The notes: a model not told the origin generated them from the letters alone. A DNA stretch of 64,000 bases from Candidatus Poribacteria bacterium (GCA_965262955.1 CBDHGE010000001.1:3730272-3794271), one strand, 5' to 3'; positions 1 to 10,861 are shown, numbered from the stretch's first letter. Numbers and translations are program-made.

Positions 1-2
1 AG

Positions 3-797
3 CACTTTTCAAAAGCATATAAGCAACTTCTCCGTGGACGCAATACCAATATTGATCATTTGATCACCAATATCCGCAGAGATCCACACTTTGAAAGAAT
101 CTTGACGAGAATTACGGCTTACGAAGAGGGTGTGGATTTCAACCTGCGTGATGCGCTCATTGATGAACTTGCTACTTATGGGGTCATTTCCGAAGGTGCT
201 GATGGTATGTGTGAAATTGCCAATCCAATTTATCTATATTCTATTTTGCAAGCGTTCAAGCCAGCAGTGAATGGATTAGAGGATGCGTACTTTTCTGAAG
301 ACACCGGTGAGAGTTTTTTGGATTACCTCACCCCCACGGGACAGATGGACATGGACCGACTTCTCAATAATTTCCGTGACTTCATTGCCCGCGCAGGTTT
401 CAAGATACTTCAGGTTCCTGATACGCCTCTGGAGTCTGTAGGTCGTTATCTTCTCCTCACCTATCTTGACCAATTTGTTAAGTTGGTGGGTGGTTTTATG
501 TATATTGAAGTACAAACCGGACGAGGCAGGATAGATCTCCTCATCACACACAAAGATCGAAAATATATCGTTGAGACAAAGATTTGGCGCGGTGAAACTC
601 ACTATCAGGTCGGCAAAAAGCAGCTTGTCGCATATCTCAAATTGGAGGGTGCCGGGCAGGGGTATTATGTTGTTTTCGATCATCGGAGGAACCCAGAACC
701 GCGAGTAGAGACAGAAGAATTGGATGGGATAATCCTTCGGAGTTATGTGATACCAGTAATGCAAGAACCGCCCACATCACATAAAAGCACGAATTAG
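3..797 (+). CDS. C-terminal part of AAA-ATPase / PD-(D/E)XK nuclease-domain protein (5'-truncated by window edge)
   Basis: Frame is open from position 3. Contains the PD-(D/E)XK-type motif EVQTGRGRIDL...IVETK and Q-L-x-x-Y. Confidence 0.7.
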   Translation, partial: HFSKAYKQLLRGRNTNIDHLITNIRRDPHFERILTRITAYEEGVDFNLRDALIDELATYGVISEGADGMCEIANPIYLYSILQAFKPAVNGLEDAYFSEDTGESFLDYLTPTGQMDMDRLLNNFRDFIARAGFKILQVPDTPLESVGRYLLLTYLDQFVKLVGGFMYIEVQTGRGRIDLLITHKDRKYIVETKIWRGETHYQVGKKQLVAYLKLEGAGQGYYVVFDHRRNPEPRVETEELDGIILRSYVIPVMQEPPTSHKSTN

Positions 798-871
798 GAA
801 CATTCACCTCAAAATATGAAACAACTTGTGGAAGCAGTCTGTGATTGTGACGCATCCAAGGAGGACAACTT

Positions 872-1147
872 ATGGAAACATCAGAAAAAAACAAGGCGTA
901 TTGGCGGAAAAATTTACAATATCTCGCGACTTTATTGGGAATTTGGTTCATCACCTCATATCTCTGCTCAGTTGTGTTCGTGGAACAACTGGATAAGATT
1001 CGGATCGGAGGATGTCCGCTTGGGTTCTATTTCGCTCAACAAGCATCGATTTGGATTTTCGTTGTCCTCATCTTCGTCTATGCTTGGTTGATGAACCGCT
1101 TGGAGGAAAGATTTCGCACAAACGATGATACGGAGGTCACAAAGTAA
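872..1147 (+). CDS. DUF4212 small membrane subunit of solute:sodium symporter
   Basis: 91 aa with YWRKN...LGFYFAQQASI and two TM segments; RBS GGAGG; directly upstream of an SSS gene. Confidence 0.85.
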   Translation: METSEKNKAYWRKNLQYLATLLGIWFITSYLCSVVFVEQLDKIRIGGCPLGFYFAQQASIWIFVVLIFVYAWLMNRLEERFRTNDDTEVTK

Positions 1148-1149
1148 TC

Positions 1150-2847
1150 ATGGGTGTACAAGCATGGACCTTCGTAATGGTGGCACTCTCCTTCGCACTA
1201 TATATTGGCGTGGCACTCTGGTCGAAAGCGCGTTCGACTGGCGATTTTTACGTCGCTGGAAGTAACGTGCACCCCGTTGTAAACGGTATGGCAACCGCAG
1301 CAGATTGGATGAGTGCGGCTTCTTTCATCTCAATGGCAGGACTTATCTCCTTTATGGGGCGCGACGGTTCTGTCTATCTACTCGGATGGACAGGCGGCTA
1401 CGTCCTCTTGGCGTTGCTATTAGCACCGTATCTCCGTAAATTCGGAAAATATACAGTTCCCGATTTCGTTGGCGACCGATATTACTCCCAATTGGCACGG
1501 ATTGTCGCTGTTGTATGCGCTGTTTTCGTCTCGTTTACCTACGTTGCCGGACAGATGCGCGGTGTCGGTATTGTTTTCTCTCGGTTTCTGAGCGTTAACG
1601 TTGAAATCGGTGTTTTTATCGGCATGGGGATTGTGTTCTTTTATGCTGTACTCGGTGGGATGAAAGGCATTACTTACACACAGGTCGCGCAATATTGTGT
1701 CCTGATTTTCGCATTTCTTGTACCTGCAATTTTCATTTCTATGTTGATCACAGGGAACGTTATCCCGCAGTTCGGGTTGATCGGAAAAGTAGCGGACGGC
1801 TCAGGGCTCTATCTCCTTGATAGACTCAACGGTTTGAACGAAGAATTGGGATTTAATCTCTATACAGACGGAAATAAAAGCACCATTGATGTGTTTTTTA
1901 TTACTGCCGCTTTGATGTTGGGGACGGCCGGACTCCCACATGTGATTATCCGATTCTATACCGTCCGAAAAGCTTCTGAGGCACGGATTTCTGCCGGTTG
2001 GGCTTTACTCTTCATTGCAATTCTCTATACAACAGCACCCGCCGTGGCGGCATTTGCGCGAACGAACCTACTCAAAACCGTTAGATTCGAACAGAACGGT
2101 GAACGAACGGATGTCAAATATGAAGATGTCCCGACGTGGTTTAAGAATTGGGAAGCGACAGGTCTTATTAAATTCGAGGACAAAAACGAAGATGGTGCGG
2201 TTCAATATCGCGGTCCTAAATCAGATGTACAGAATGAATTGACGATTGACCGAGACATCATGGTATTGGCGAACCCTGAGATTGCGAAACTCCCAAACTG
2301 GATTGTAGGATTGGTTGCCGCTGGTGGTTTAGCTGCCGCACTCTCAACCGCAGCGGGCTTATTATTAGTAATCTCAACTGCGGTCGCACACGATCTCCTT
2401 AAGGGTGCGATTATGCCGACCCTACAGGAAAGGGATGAATTGAATGCGGCACGCATTGCAGCTGGGGTTGCAGTCTGTATCGCTGGCTATTTCGGGATGA
2501 ATCCGCCTGGATTTGTAGGACAAGTCGTCGCTTTCGCCTTCGGGCTCGCAGCGAGTTCATTCTTCCCCGCAATTGTCATGGGAATTTTCTCTAAGCGTAT
2601 GAACAAGGAAGGCGCGATTAGTGGTATGATCGTCGGTATTACCTTCACAGCAGCCTACATCATCTATTTCAAATTTATCAGCCCGGAACTCAATACATCA
2701 GATCACTGGTTATGGGGTATTTCACCGGAAGGTATCGGCACCGTCGGTATGGTCTTAAACTTTATTGTTTCCCTCAGCGTGTCCGCTTTGACCGCACCGC
2801 CTCCGGACGAGGTACAAGCACTCGTTGATGATATTCGAGTTCCTTAA
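1150..2847 (+). CDS. actP: Sodium:solute symporter, ActP-like (acetate/monocarboxylate)
   Basis: NGMATAADWMSAASF, GTAGLPHVIIRF and AAALSTAAGLL motifs; many TM helices. Confidence 0.85.
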   Translation: MGVQAWTFVMVALSFALYIGVALWSKARSTGDFYVAGSNVHPVVNGMATAADWMSAASFISMAGLISFMGRDGSVYLLGWTGGYVLLALLLAPYLRKFGKYTVPDFVGDRYYSQLARIVAVVCAVFVSFTYVAGQMRGVGIVFSRFLSVNVEIGVFIGMGIVFFYAVLGGMKGITYTQVAQYCVLIFAFLVPAIFISMLITGNVIPQFGLIGKVADGSGLYLLDRLNGLNEELGFNLYTDGNKSTIDVFFITAALMLGTAGLPHVIIRFYTVRKASEARISAGWALLFIAILYTTAPAVAAFARTNLLKTVRFEQNGERTDVKYEDVPTWFKNWEATGLIKFEDKNEDGAVQYRGPKSDVQNELTIDRDIMVLANPEIAKLPNWIVGLVAAGGLAAALSTAAGLLLVISTAVAHDLLKGAIMPTLQERDELNAARIAAGVAVCIAGYFGMNPPGFVGQVVAFAFGLAASSFFPAIVMGIFSKRMNKEGAISGMIVGITFTAAYIIYFKFISPELNTSDHWLWGISPEGIGTVGMVLNFIVSLSVSALTAPPPDEVQALVDDIRVP

Positions 2848-2867
2848 AGAAAAAGCGGAGGTCCCCA

Positions 2868-4571
2868 ATGAAGGCAAAATTTCTACGGAAAAGGGAACAA
2901 TTTGCCATTCAATGCAGAGAAAAATCATTTCGGGGCAGCTTGTCAATGATTTTTCGGACGTGTTGTGTCACCCTACTACTGCTAACCGTCTCTTTTGCGT
3001 ACGCTGCGCAGGTGGAAGATTTTATGCCCCAGGAGAGTGTCTTCTATCTGAAATTCCAGGATATAGACGCAATCTACGGTGAAATTGAGACTTCGGAAAA
3101 TTGGGAGAAAGTACTTGCGTTACTAACCGACACACCTAATTGGCAGGAGATACAGCAAAGCATCACGATGTTCCAAGGAATTCTTGGAACAGATCCCTTA
3201 GGCATATTTGAGACGATAGGATACCGAACAGCACTCGCTGCATGGCGGGATGAAGCGGACAGCTTGCAAGTTGGTGTCGTGATACATTCAGGTGGGAATC
3301 TCGCCAGGCTCCAGCAGCTTACGAAAATCGTAGAGGGTCTCATAGGCATGAGCGAAGAAAACACCTTACGCGTGGATGCGGGGGTCTACCAACGAGTTCG
3401 CTACAATGCCATAGAAAGGTTCGACACTATTATCAAGTACGGGTTTGTGGGTGATTTCCTTGTTATCGGGGCAAACGAAGGATGTTTTGAGAAAATGCTG
3501 GACATCTACCAAACGGACATACCGTCTATTGAGGAGAACCCAAATTTTGCGAATGCCTTAGAAGAAATAGGTTCAGGAGAAATCGTCATATTTGCCGATG
3601 TTCTACATGCTTTGTCTTTACCGATAGGTTTAGATGAGTCGTTGCAAAGGCAGATTGGTATGTTCCAATCTCTTTTCGGACGACTGAATTTGCTGGATAC
3701 GGGTCCCCTCCTTCGAGTTGCTACGGTATTTGATCCGAATAATGACATAGAAAACGAAATAAATCTATTTTTAAAGCAAGGACAACAACTCAAAACGCTA
3801 AACGCATTATCCAGCGAAGACGATCTATTTGTTACCGTAGCACCCAAAATTGCAGAAAGTGTATGGGAATTTGTTCCGACTGATGAAAATCCCGGAGCGG
3901 TCTCTTTTCTCGAAGGTGTTCTGAATCTCAATCTGGAAAACGATATTATGACTGGACTGACAGGTGAATACGCCTTGTCGGTCCCCGACCTATCACATTT
4001 TGATCCAGAAGCCTTGAGTGGCATAAGTCTCGAATTGGATGGGGTAGTTGAACTTGATACCGGTGATGTGGAGACAGGTAGTTCCCTTATTTTCAATCCC
4101 AGTAACAGGTCAAAGTGGAATCAGCTTGTCAATAGTCTTTCTAACCTACACAATGCTTCTGTTTCGCAAACGGAATACAAGGGAGCGACGGTTTCAGAGG
4201 TCGCTTCCAATATTTACCACACCGAAATAGATGGACTGTTTCTTATAGGTTTCTCGGAAGAGCATGTCCATGCCCTCATTGATGAAATCAAAAAAAAGAA
4301 GAAACCGTCCTACTTAAAACAACTCCCGAAAACACCCACGGCGTTTGCGCAGTTAAATTTAGCGCGGGTACTGGAGATTGAAAACGGATCGCCGCCCGCT
4401 GACAAATTGATTGTTGATGCTAAAGAGATAACACCGTTAATCGCATGGATTGCAATTAGCGATAACAAAGCGTTGTTAGAAGCAACACTCGCGGAAAAAG
4501 AAACGGGACTTGAACTGCTCGCGAAACTGGCTCCATTTTTCATTTGGAATATGAAGGCGGAAGCGGAATAG
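2868..4571 (+). CDS. Secreted hypothetical protein, DUF3352-like
   Basis: 567-aa ORF with RBS; signal-peptide-like segment (alternative start 2946); family guess from overall pattern only. Confidence 0.55.
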   Translation: MKAKFLRKREQFAIQCREKSFRGSLSMIFRTCCVTLLLLTVSFAYAAQVEDFMPQESVFYLKFQDIDAIYGEIETSENWEKVLALLTDTPNWQEIQQSITMFQGILGTDPLGIFETIGYRTALAAWRDEADSLQVGVVIHSGGNLARLQQLTKIVEGLIGMSEENTLRVDAGVYQRVRYNAIERFDTIIKYGFVGDFLVIGANEGCFEKMLDIYQTDIPSIEENPNFANALEEIGSGEIVIFADVLHALSLPIGLDESLQRQIGMFQSLFGRLNLLDTGPLLRVATVFDPNNDIENEINLFLKQGQQLKTLNALSSEDDLFVTVAPKIAESVWEFVPTDENPGAVSFLEGVLNLNLENDIMTGLTGEYALSVPDLSHFDPEALSGISLELDGVVELDTGDVETGSSLIFNPSNRSKWNQLVNSLSNLHNASVSQTEYKGATVSEVASNIYHTEIDGLFLIGFSEEHVHALIDEIKKKKKPSYLKQLPKTPTAFAQLNLARVLEIENGSPPADKLIVDAKEITPLIAWIAISDNKALLEATLAEKETGLELLAKLAPFFIWNMKAEAE

Positions 4572-4600
4572 TATAAGTTAAACGATCAAGGAGGCACACA

Positions 4601-5779
4601 GTGATACAAAAACGAATTAGAGCAAATACAAACACTAAACGATGGTTCTGGGTAACAGCAACCTTCATCGGTGTATTGATAGGTTTGGGAATTGGTCAGA
4701 CAGTTCGCTTTCAAGAAGCAACAGCGGAATCACATGATGATGGCTTGTCCCAACTTAGGGAGGAACTCAACTTACTGAAAGCGAAACAGCGTGCCATACA
4801 AGCGGAATGGCAATCCGAATTACTTGCACAAGTCGCCCCGACTTTGATTGACGAATCTGAGCGGATAAAGCGTCAATTTGTGGATTTCCTTGAAGACATT
4901 GGGAATCCAGGTAGTGCTGCACTCATCGCTATGCTGCGAGATCCAGATGAAGATGTCCGCCAAAAGGTAATCGATACATTAGGCGGAATCGGTGAACGTG
5001 AAAGGAAAGCGAATCGCAATGTTGACGCTATCGCTATCGCACTTTCGACGGCTCTCAACGATCCTTCTGACGACGTTTTCCGTGAAGCACTTGAGGAATT
5101 AGAGGACGTTCGTCCAACATCTCCAGAATCGACCGCTGTCGTCATTCCCGCCCTTATTGCAGTGCGGACGAAAGGTTCATCGCGAGCACGCGACGAGGTT
5201 GTGGAAGTATTAGGACAGATTGGCGAAATCCTTGCAGAAAAAGGAGAACCTGTTGACACAATCCGCGACGCATTAATCGCAAGCCTTGCCGATGATTCTT
5301 CAAGAGTCCGAACCAATGCTATAGAGGAGTTGTCTGATATACGAGCAACATCCACGGAAACCTTCAGCGGTATGATAGGTGCTTTAGCAGACAAGTCCGA
5401 ATCTGTCCGAAATCGCGCGGAAGACGAGTTGATTCAACTTGGCAAAGGTGCTGCTGCAACCGTGATTCCGATGTTGGCGGATGCGCTCGGAAACAGCACA
5501 TCAGCTACAACCCGTGGGCACATTGTCGATGTCTTAGGGGCAATTGGCGAAAAGGGCAAAACAACCGAAGATTCCCGTGAAATGATTGTTCAAACGCTCC
5601 TTGCAGTGCTGCAAGACCCACACGAGAACGTCCGTCGGAACGCTGCTGATGAACTCGGTGAGATGCGGGCAACTTCGCCTGATGTCCTCCCCGCATTGAC
5701 AAACGCGCTCAAAGATAGTTCCAAAAAGGTTCGCAATGCTGCACAAAAAGCAATCCAACGGATTGAAAAAGCACAATAG
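4601..5779 (+). CDS. HEAT-repeat protein with N-terminal membrane anchor
   Basis: Repeated L.D....VR..A...LG units after an N-terminal TM and coiled coil. Confidence 0.85.
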   Translation: MIQKRIRANTNTKRWFWVTATFIGVLIGLGIGQTVRFQEATAESHDDGLSQLREELNLLKAKQRAIQAEWQSELLAQVAPTLIDESERIKRQFVDFLEDIGNPGSAALIAMLRDPDEDVRQKVIDTLGGIGERERKANRNVDAIAIALSTALNDPSDDVFREALEELEDVRPTSPESTAVVIPALIAVRTKGSSRARDEVVEVLGQIGEILAEKGEPVDTIRDALIASLADDSSRVRTNAIEELSDIRATSTETFSGMIGALADKSESVRNRAEDELIQLGKGAAATVIPMLADALGNSTSATTRGHIVDVLGAIGEKGKTTEDSREMIVQTLLAVLQDPHENVRRNAADELGEMRATSPDVLPALTNALKDSSKKVRNAAQKAIQRIEKAQ

Positions 5780-5885
5780 CAATTTCCCTGATACAGTGGA
5801 ATCCGGATCTGAAAGCATGCACCTTTTCTGCCTCAAATCGCATCTTTAATATAGAGGATCAATTAATGACCCTTCGCGAACCGAC

Positions 5886-5909
5886 GAGGGCAGGGAACTT
5901 TCTGCCCTC
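5886..5909. terminator. Intergenic hairpin, possible terminator
   Basis: GAGGGCAG-n8-CTGCCCTC stem after the HEAT gene; weak U-tract. Confidence 0.35.
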
Positions 5910-6045
5910 CTTAAACTTATTTACGATTGCTACGTCTTAAAACACAGAAAGCAGAACCCTTCATATAAATTAACAACAAAAAGTAACATAGGGAGACCGC
6001 TCTCACCAAATCCAAAGTCGCCACCGACTCCAGAGCGTTCACACC

Positions 6046-7815
6046 ATGCAACAGACACTGAATACATCTTCACTTGTTGAGGTCGTACGACAGGCATCTG
6101 CTATCTCTGAGCAAGACTATAAAGACATTATCGCAGAAATTAAACAGACCGGTGCCTCCGAAGCCGCTGTACTTTCCAACTATGGTGTACCGTCTGACAT
6201 TCTCACGCTCGCCACAAAAAGTGTGGAATACGGAACACCCTTCATTCAATTGGAAGGCATCTCCCCGGAATCTGCTGTGCTTGAGAAGGTATCACCCGGG
6301 TTCGCGTACCGCAATAAAATTGTGCCTACCGAATTAGTGGACGATGAACTCACCGTCGCTATGGCAGATGTCTTGGATGTCGTTCTCGTCGACGAACTCC
6401 AACTCATCACAAGCTGCCGGATTACCCCTATCCTCGCCGATGAAACAGATATTGATGAAGCAATCGTCCGTCTCTATGGACGAACAGCCGAAAGTCTTCT
6501 TAGTGCAGGCATTAAGGGACCCGTTGGGGCAACTGCCACGCTTGAACGTGAAACCATTGACGACTTCGGGATTGACGAAAAAGACCTCAGCCAAGACCCA
6601 ACCGTCATACACGCAGTTGACCAGATGATTATTGATGCCGTTCGGATGGGTGCAAGCGATATCCACATCGAACCCTATCCAGCGCAATTAAAGATTCGGT
6701 TCCGCGTTGACGGTGTGTTAGAAGATCAACCGCAACCCCCTGCTTATTTACAATCCGCAATCACCTCCCGTATCAAAATTATGGCTGGTATGGATGTCGC
6801 AGAACGCAGACGTCCCCAAGACGGGAAAATCAGTCGGCAGATCGGCAGTGTCGGTAATCGACAGATAGATCTCCGTGTCTCTACTGTTCCAACCGTTGCA
6901 ACCCTACACGGCGAAAGCGTTGTCCTCCGTATTCTTGACCGACAGTCCATTGAATTTGGGCTTGAAGAACTCGGATTGAGTGCGGATAACCTCGAACTCT
7001 TCCACCGCATGATTCGCAAACCCCACGGCATTATCCTTGCTACAGGTCCCACGGGTAGTGGAAAAACGACCTCACTTTACGCCTGTCTAAAAGAGATTAA
7101 CTCCCCCGATGTAAAAATTATCACGCTTGAAGACCCTGTAGAGTATGAGTTAGAGGGTATCAACCAAATTCAGGTCAACCCAGATATCCATTTTACTTTC
7201 GCTGATGGACTTCGTCATATCTTACGCCAGGATCCTGACAAGGTATTAGTCGGTGAGATTCGCGACTATGAAACGGCAGAGATGGCGATTCACACATCGC
7301 TTACAGGACACCTCGTCTTTAGCACACTCCACACAAACGATGCACCTGGAGCTATCACGAGGCTCATTGACATGAATGTTGAAGCGTATCTCGTTGCCTC
7401 CACGGTAGAAGGTATCATCGCCCAGAGGCTTGCTCGGCGCGTTTGCAAAGCATGTTGTGAAATGTACCTTCCCGAAATGCGCGAACTGGAAGGACTTATG
7501 GGGAATGGCAATGGTAGCGGCTCTCCTATCCCTTACGATCTACAGATTCCACGAGCCGTCGGCTGCAAAGAATGCCGAGGGAGAGGTTACAAAGGCAGAA
7601 TCGGTATCTTTGAAGTTCTGCTCATGAATGAAGAAGTCCGAGCAATGGCTCTTAAACAGGCATCAACGAGTGAGATTCGTCGTCTCGCAATCCAATTGGG
7701 TATGAAAAGTTTACGTGAAGACGGTTGGCGCAAAGTCGCTGCTGGCTTAACAACAGTCGAAGAAGTTATCCGCTTGACACAGGAAGACGAATTCGATTTC
7801 GGAGAAGTCGTGTAG
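6046..7815 (+). CDS. gspE: Type II secretion / type IV pilus assembly ATPase GspE
   Basis: ASDIHIEP, Walker A GPTGSGKT, LRQDPD..LVGEIRD, His box TGHLVFSTLHTND, tetracysteine motif. Confidence 0.95.
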   Translation: MQQTLNTSSLVEVVRQASAISEQDYKDIIAEIKQTGASEAAVLSNYGVPSDILTLATKSVEYGTPFIQLEGISPESAVLEKVSPGFAYRNKIVPTELVDDELTVAMADVLDVVLVDELQLITSCRITPILADETDIDEAIVRLYGRTAESLLSAGIKGPVGATATLERETIDDFGIDEKDLSQDPTVIHAVDQMIIDAVRMGASDIHIEPYPAQLKIRFRVDGVLEDQPQPPAYLQSAITSRIKIMAGMDVAERRRPQDGKISRQIGSVGNRQIDLRVSTVPTVATLHGESVVLRILDRQSIEFGLEELGLSADNLELFHRMIRKPHGIILATGPTGSGKTTSLYACLKEINSPDVKIITLEDPVEYELEGINQIQVNPDIHFTFADGLRHILRQDPDKVLVGEIRDYETAEMAIHTSLTGHLVFSTLHTNDAPGAITRLIDMNVEAYLVASTVEGIIAQRLARRVCKACCEMYLPEMRELEGLMGNGNGSGSPIPYDLQIPRAVGCKECRGRGYKGRIGIFEVLLMNEEVRAMALKQASTSEIRRLAIQLGMKSLREDGWRKVAAGLTTVEEVIRLTQEDEFDFGEVV

Positions 7816-7852
7816 ATCACTTTAAATCCTTTTCTGCCAAAGGAGTGTTACA

Positions 7853-8665
7853 ATGAAATTGACCGTGATTGGAAGTGCGATTTTACTTCTCATCTTCCCG
7901 GCATGGGCTGGAACATTTCTGGAGAATTTCGATAATGGAAACTTGAACGAATGGCAAGAATTTAACATGCGTAATGCGCCCGACGGGACTTGGAAAATCA
8001 TTAACGATGAATTACATGGGATAAGCCCAGATGCAGCAATACGTCTACTGACAATTGGTGATAAAACATGGCGCGATTACACTATTGAATTTGATGTCAA
8101 ACTTCTCAGGAAACGAGGTCGCGGAAATATTACTATTGCTGCTCGGATTACTGGAGATTGGGCAGCGTGGTGTATGATGGGTGATGATCCATTTGGCGGG
8201 AACATCTCAATGGTTGCGTATTCAGCAGGTAATTTTCGAGATCCTTCACCGTTTATTATTTTCGATTCCAAACCGCATCAACCTTTGAATATGAAGGAAT
8301 GGTCGAAACTGAAGTTAGAGGTTGAGGGAAATATGCTGAATTTTTGGATTAACGGAAATCACGTTCTTGGACCTGTACGACTTCCGAACCGTCAAACTTT
8401 CATAAACTTTGACGCTGCCAGAAAGCGGCATCTGGAACAGCATGCGGCTGAAAACAACGCGGAGAATCCCCCGAGATTTCGACCGATGGAATTAGGTAGG
8501 TTCCAAGACCTTCTAACAGGCGGAGTGGGGATAGGCCTCTCCAATCACACGGCGAGATTCGACAATATTGTAATTACGGGTGAGAGCATCCCGGGCACAC
8601 ATGGATTGTCGGTAGATCCCAAAGCGAAACTCGCGACGTTGTGGGGAAATCTGAAGCGTCTTTAA
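7853..8665 (+). CDS. Secreted concanavalin-A/DUF1080-like beta-sandwich protein with C-terminal KLATxWG tail
   Basis: Signal peptide (PAWA), W.DYTIEFDVK and ARFDNIVI motifs; ends SVDPKAKLATLWGNLKRL. Confidence 0.7.
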   Translation: MKLTVIGSAILLLIFPAWAGTFLENFDNGNLNEWQEFNMRNAPDGTWKIINDELHGISPDAAIRLLTIGDKTWRDYTIEFDVKLLRKRGRGNITIAARITGDWAAWCMMGDDPFGGNISMVAYSAGNFRDPSPFIIFDSKPHQPLNMKEWSKLKLEVEGNMLNFWINGNHVLGPVRLPNRQTFINFDAARKRHLEQHAAENNAENPPRFRPMELGRFQDLLTGGVGIGLSNHTARFDNIVITGESIPGTHGLSVDPKAKLATLWGNLKRL

Positions 8666-8748
8666 GATATTCCTTGAGGAAGTATAAATTTAGTTTCGGG
8701 AAAATTGTATAACGGATTCTAAACCCTCCTCTTCAAAGGAGAATTCCG

Positions 8749-9552
8749 ATGAAATTAATCGTGATTGGCAGTGCGATTTTTCTCCTCACGTTCCCGGTAT
8801 GGGCAGGGACATTGCTGATGGATTTTGACAGAGGAAACTTAGGTGGATGGCAGGAATATTTGATGGTCGGAGTATCCCCCGGTTCTTGGGAAATCATTAA
8901 CCGTCAACTGCATGCAGTCTCTAATGGTCAGTCGACACGTTTACTGACAGTTGGTGATGAAACATGGGGCGATTACACCGTTGAATTTGATGTCAAGCCG
9001 CTGAAAAAACGAGATCGTGGTAATATCGCGATTACGGCTCGGATCAAAGGAGACTGGGTAGTGTGGTGCGTGATCGGAGATCTCCCACCATTTCCCGACA
9101 AACTCTCCAGGGTTTTGTGTCTGGCAGGTAATTTTCGGAGTACTGATCCGCTTTACTCGTTCGGTTCTAAACTGCATCCACCATTGATTTTAAAGGAATG
9201 GTCAAAACTGAAGTTGGAAGTTGAGGAAAATACGCTAAATTTTTGGATTAACGGAGAGCATGCGCTGGGTCCCGTGAAACTCCCAAGTCTCCGAACTTTT
9301 CAACAACTTGACGCTCACAGAAAACAGCATCTGGTGGAGGGACACGGGTTGGATCCGAAAAACTTTGAAGCAATGAACTTAGACGGGTTCCAGGACTTCC
9401 TGACAGGTGGTGCGGGTTTGGGTCTCTCCAATCAGACAGCAAGATTCGACAACTTTGTAATTACGGGTGAGAGTATACCGAACAGACATGGATTGTCGGT
9501 GACACCCAAAGCAAAACTCGCGACGTTGTGGGGAAATCTGAAGCGTCTTTAG
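8749..9552 (+). CDS. Tandem paralog of 7853..8665, secreted beta-sandwich protein with KLATxWG tail
   Basis: Colinear similarity to the upstream ORF; ends SVTPKAKLATLWGNLKRL. Confidence 0.7.
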   Translation: MKLIVIGSAIFLLTFPVWAGTLLMDFDRGNLGGWQEYLMVGVSPGSWEIINRQLHAVSNGQSTRLLTVGDETWGDYTVEFDVKPLKKRDRGNIAITARIKGDWVVWCVIGDLPPFPDKLSRVLCLAGNFRSTDPLYSFGSKLHPPLILKEWSKLKLEVEENTLNFWINGEHALGPVKLPSLRTFQQLDAHRKQHLVEGHGLDPKNFEAMNLDGFQDFLTGGAGLGLSNQTARFDNFVITGESIPNRHGLSVTPKAKLATLWGNLKRL

Positions 9553-9592
9553 GATATTCCTTTAGTCCGAAAGGATAACGGAGAGGTGGATC

Positions 9593-10819
9593 GTGCCGAT
9601 ATTCCGATATGAAGCCCTCACCCACAGCGGCGGAACCGTTAATAACACATTGGAAGCCGAGTCCAAAGCCGAACTTATCTCCCGATTGCGGCAGATGGGC
9701 TATTGGCCCACGAATATTGTTGAGGAAACAGAGGACGCTGTCCCCACAGACATACGACGGTGGCTCCAGATCGGGCGTCGCGGAGTCAAACCAGCGGACG
9801 TTGAGTTCTTCACCTATCAGTTGGCAACACTGGTAAACGCACACGTTCCGTTGCCACGCGCATTAGATGTTACCCTTGGACAAATCGAGAGTCCCGCGCT
9901 TCACCGAATTGTATCACAAGTCAAATACGATGTCGAACACGGGGCAACCTTCCATGACGCACTCACCCAACACCCAAAGGCATTTTCAAATCTCTATGTC
10001 AATATGGTAAGAGCCGGAGAGAGCGGCGGCGTACTCGGCTTGGTTTTAGAACGCCTCGCAGAATTCGCTGAACGCCAGCGACTCCTGAAAAACGACGTCG
10101 TCTCAGCACTCTTCTATCCCATTATTTTATTGACGCTGAGTATCACCGCCGTCACAGTCCTAATGATTCTCGTTATACCAAAATTCACCGCAATGTTCAA
10201 TGATTTGGGAGTCGCGTTACCACTTCCAACCCAGATCCTGATTAACATAACGGCTGCCTTTCAGACCTATTGGTGGGTGGGACTTCTCATCGTTGTTATA
10301 GGTGGGGCAGGGATAAGACAATATCTCCAGCATGAAACCGGTCAAGTCTGGTTTGATAGATTAAAACTCAAATTGCCACTTATTGGTCCCATATTTAGCA
10401 CTTTTGCTATTGTCCGTTTCACGCGGACGATGGCAACCCTTTTAGAAAACGGCGTACGCATGCTACCCGCACTCCAAGTCGTCAAAGACACTATCGGAAA
10501 CAAGGTATACAGCAACGTCATCGCAGCAGCAGAAGTAGAGGTAGAACAGGGCTCCACTCTCTCTCGTGAACTCGGTAGAAGCAAGGACTTTCCTGAATTT
10601 GTTACGCACATGGTCGCTGTCGGTGAGGAGTCCGGTGAACCTGTACACATGCTGGGCAAACTCTCTGAATACTATGATTTAGAAATAAAGAAGAGTCTTG
10701 AACGTTTAACCAGTTCCATCGGTCCCCTTGTTATCTTACTGATGGGAATTATTATCGGATTCATCGCTGTCGCGATGATCCTCCCAATCTTTGAGGCAAA
10801 CCAACTCTTAAGCAATTAA
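9593..10819 (+). CDS. gspF: T2SS inner-membrane platform protein GspF/PilC
   Basis: MPIFRYEA start; duplicated MVRAGESGG / MVAVGEESG motifs; three TM segments. Confidence 0.95.
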   Translation: MPIFRYEALTHSGGTVNNTLEAESKAELISRLRQMGYWPTNIVEETEDAVPTDIRRWLQIGRRGVKPADVEFFTYQLATLVNAHVPLPRALDVTLGQIESPALHRIVSQVKYDVEHGATFHDALTQHPKAFSNLYVNMVRAGESGGVLGLVLERLAEFAERQRLLKNDVVSALFYPIILLTLSITAVTVLMILVIPKFTAMFNDLGVALPLPTQILINITAAFQTYWWVGLLIVVIGGAGIRQYLQHETGQVWFDRLKLKLPLIGPIFSTFAIVRFTRTMATLLENGVRMLPALQVVKDTIGNKVYSNVIAAAEVEVEQGSTLSRELGRSKDFPEFVTHMVAVGEESGEPVHMLGKLSEYYDLEIKKSLERLTSSIGPLVILLMGIIIGFIAVAMILPIFEANQLLSN

Positions 10820-10861
10820 TGTGCTTATAGGCACTGGCGTGCCACTTTATAGGAGAAAATA

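Noticed and set aside
3-797. PD-(D/E)XK protein as part of a defence system
   Set aside because: Only the C-terminus is visible, with no methylase or other defence partner adjacent.
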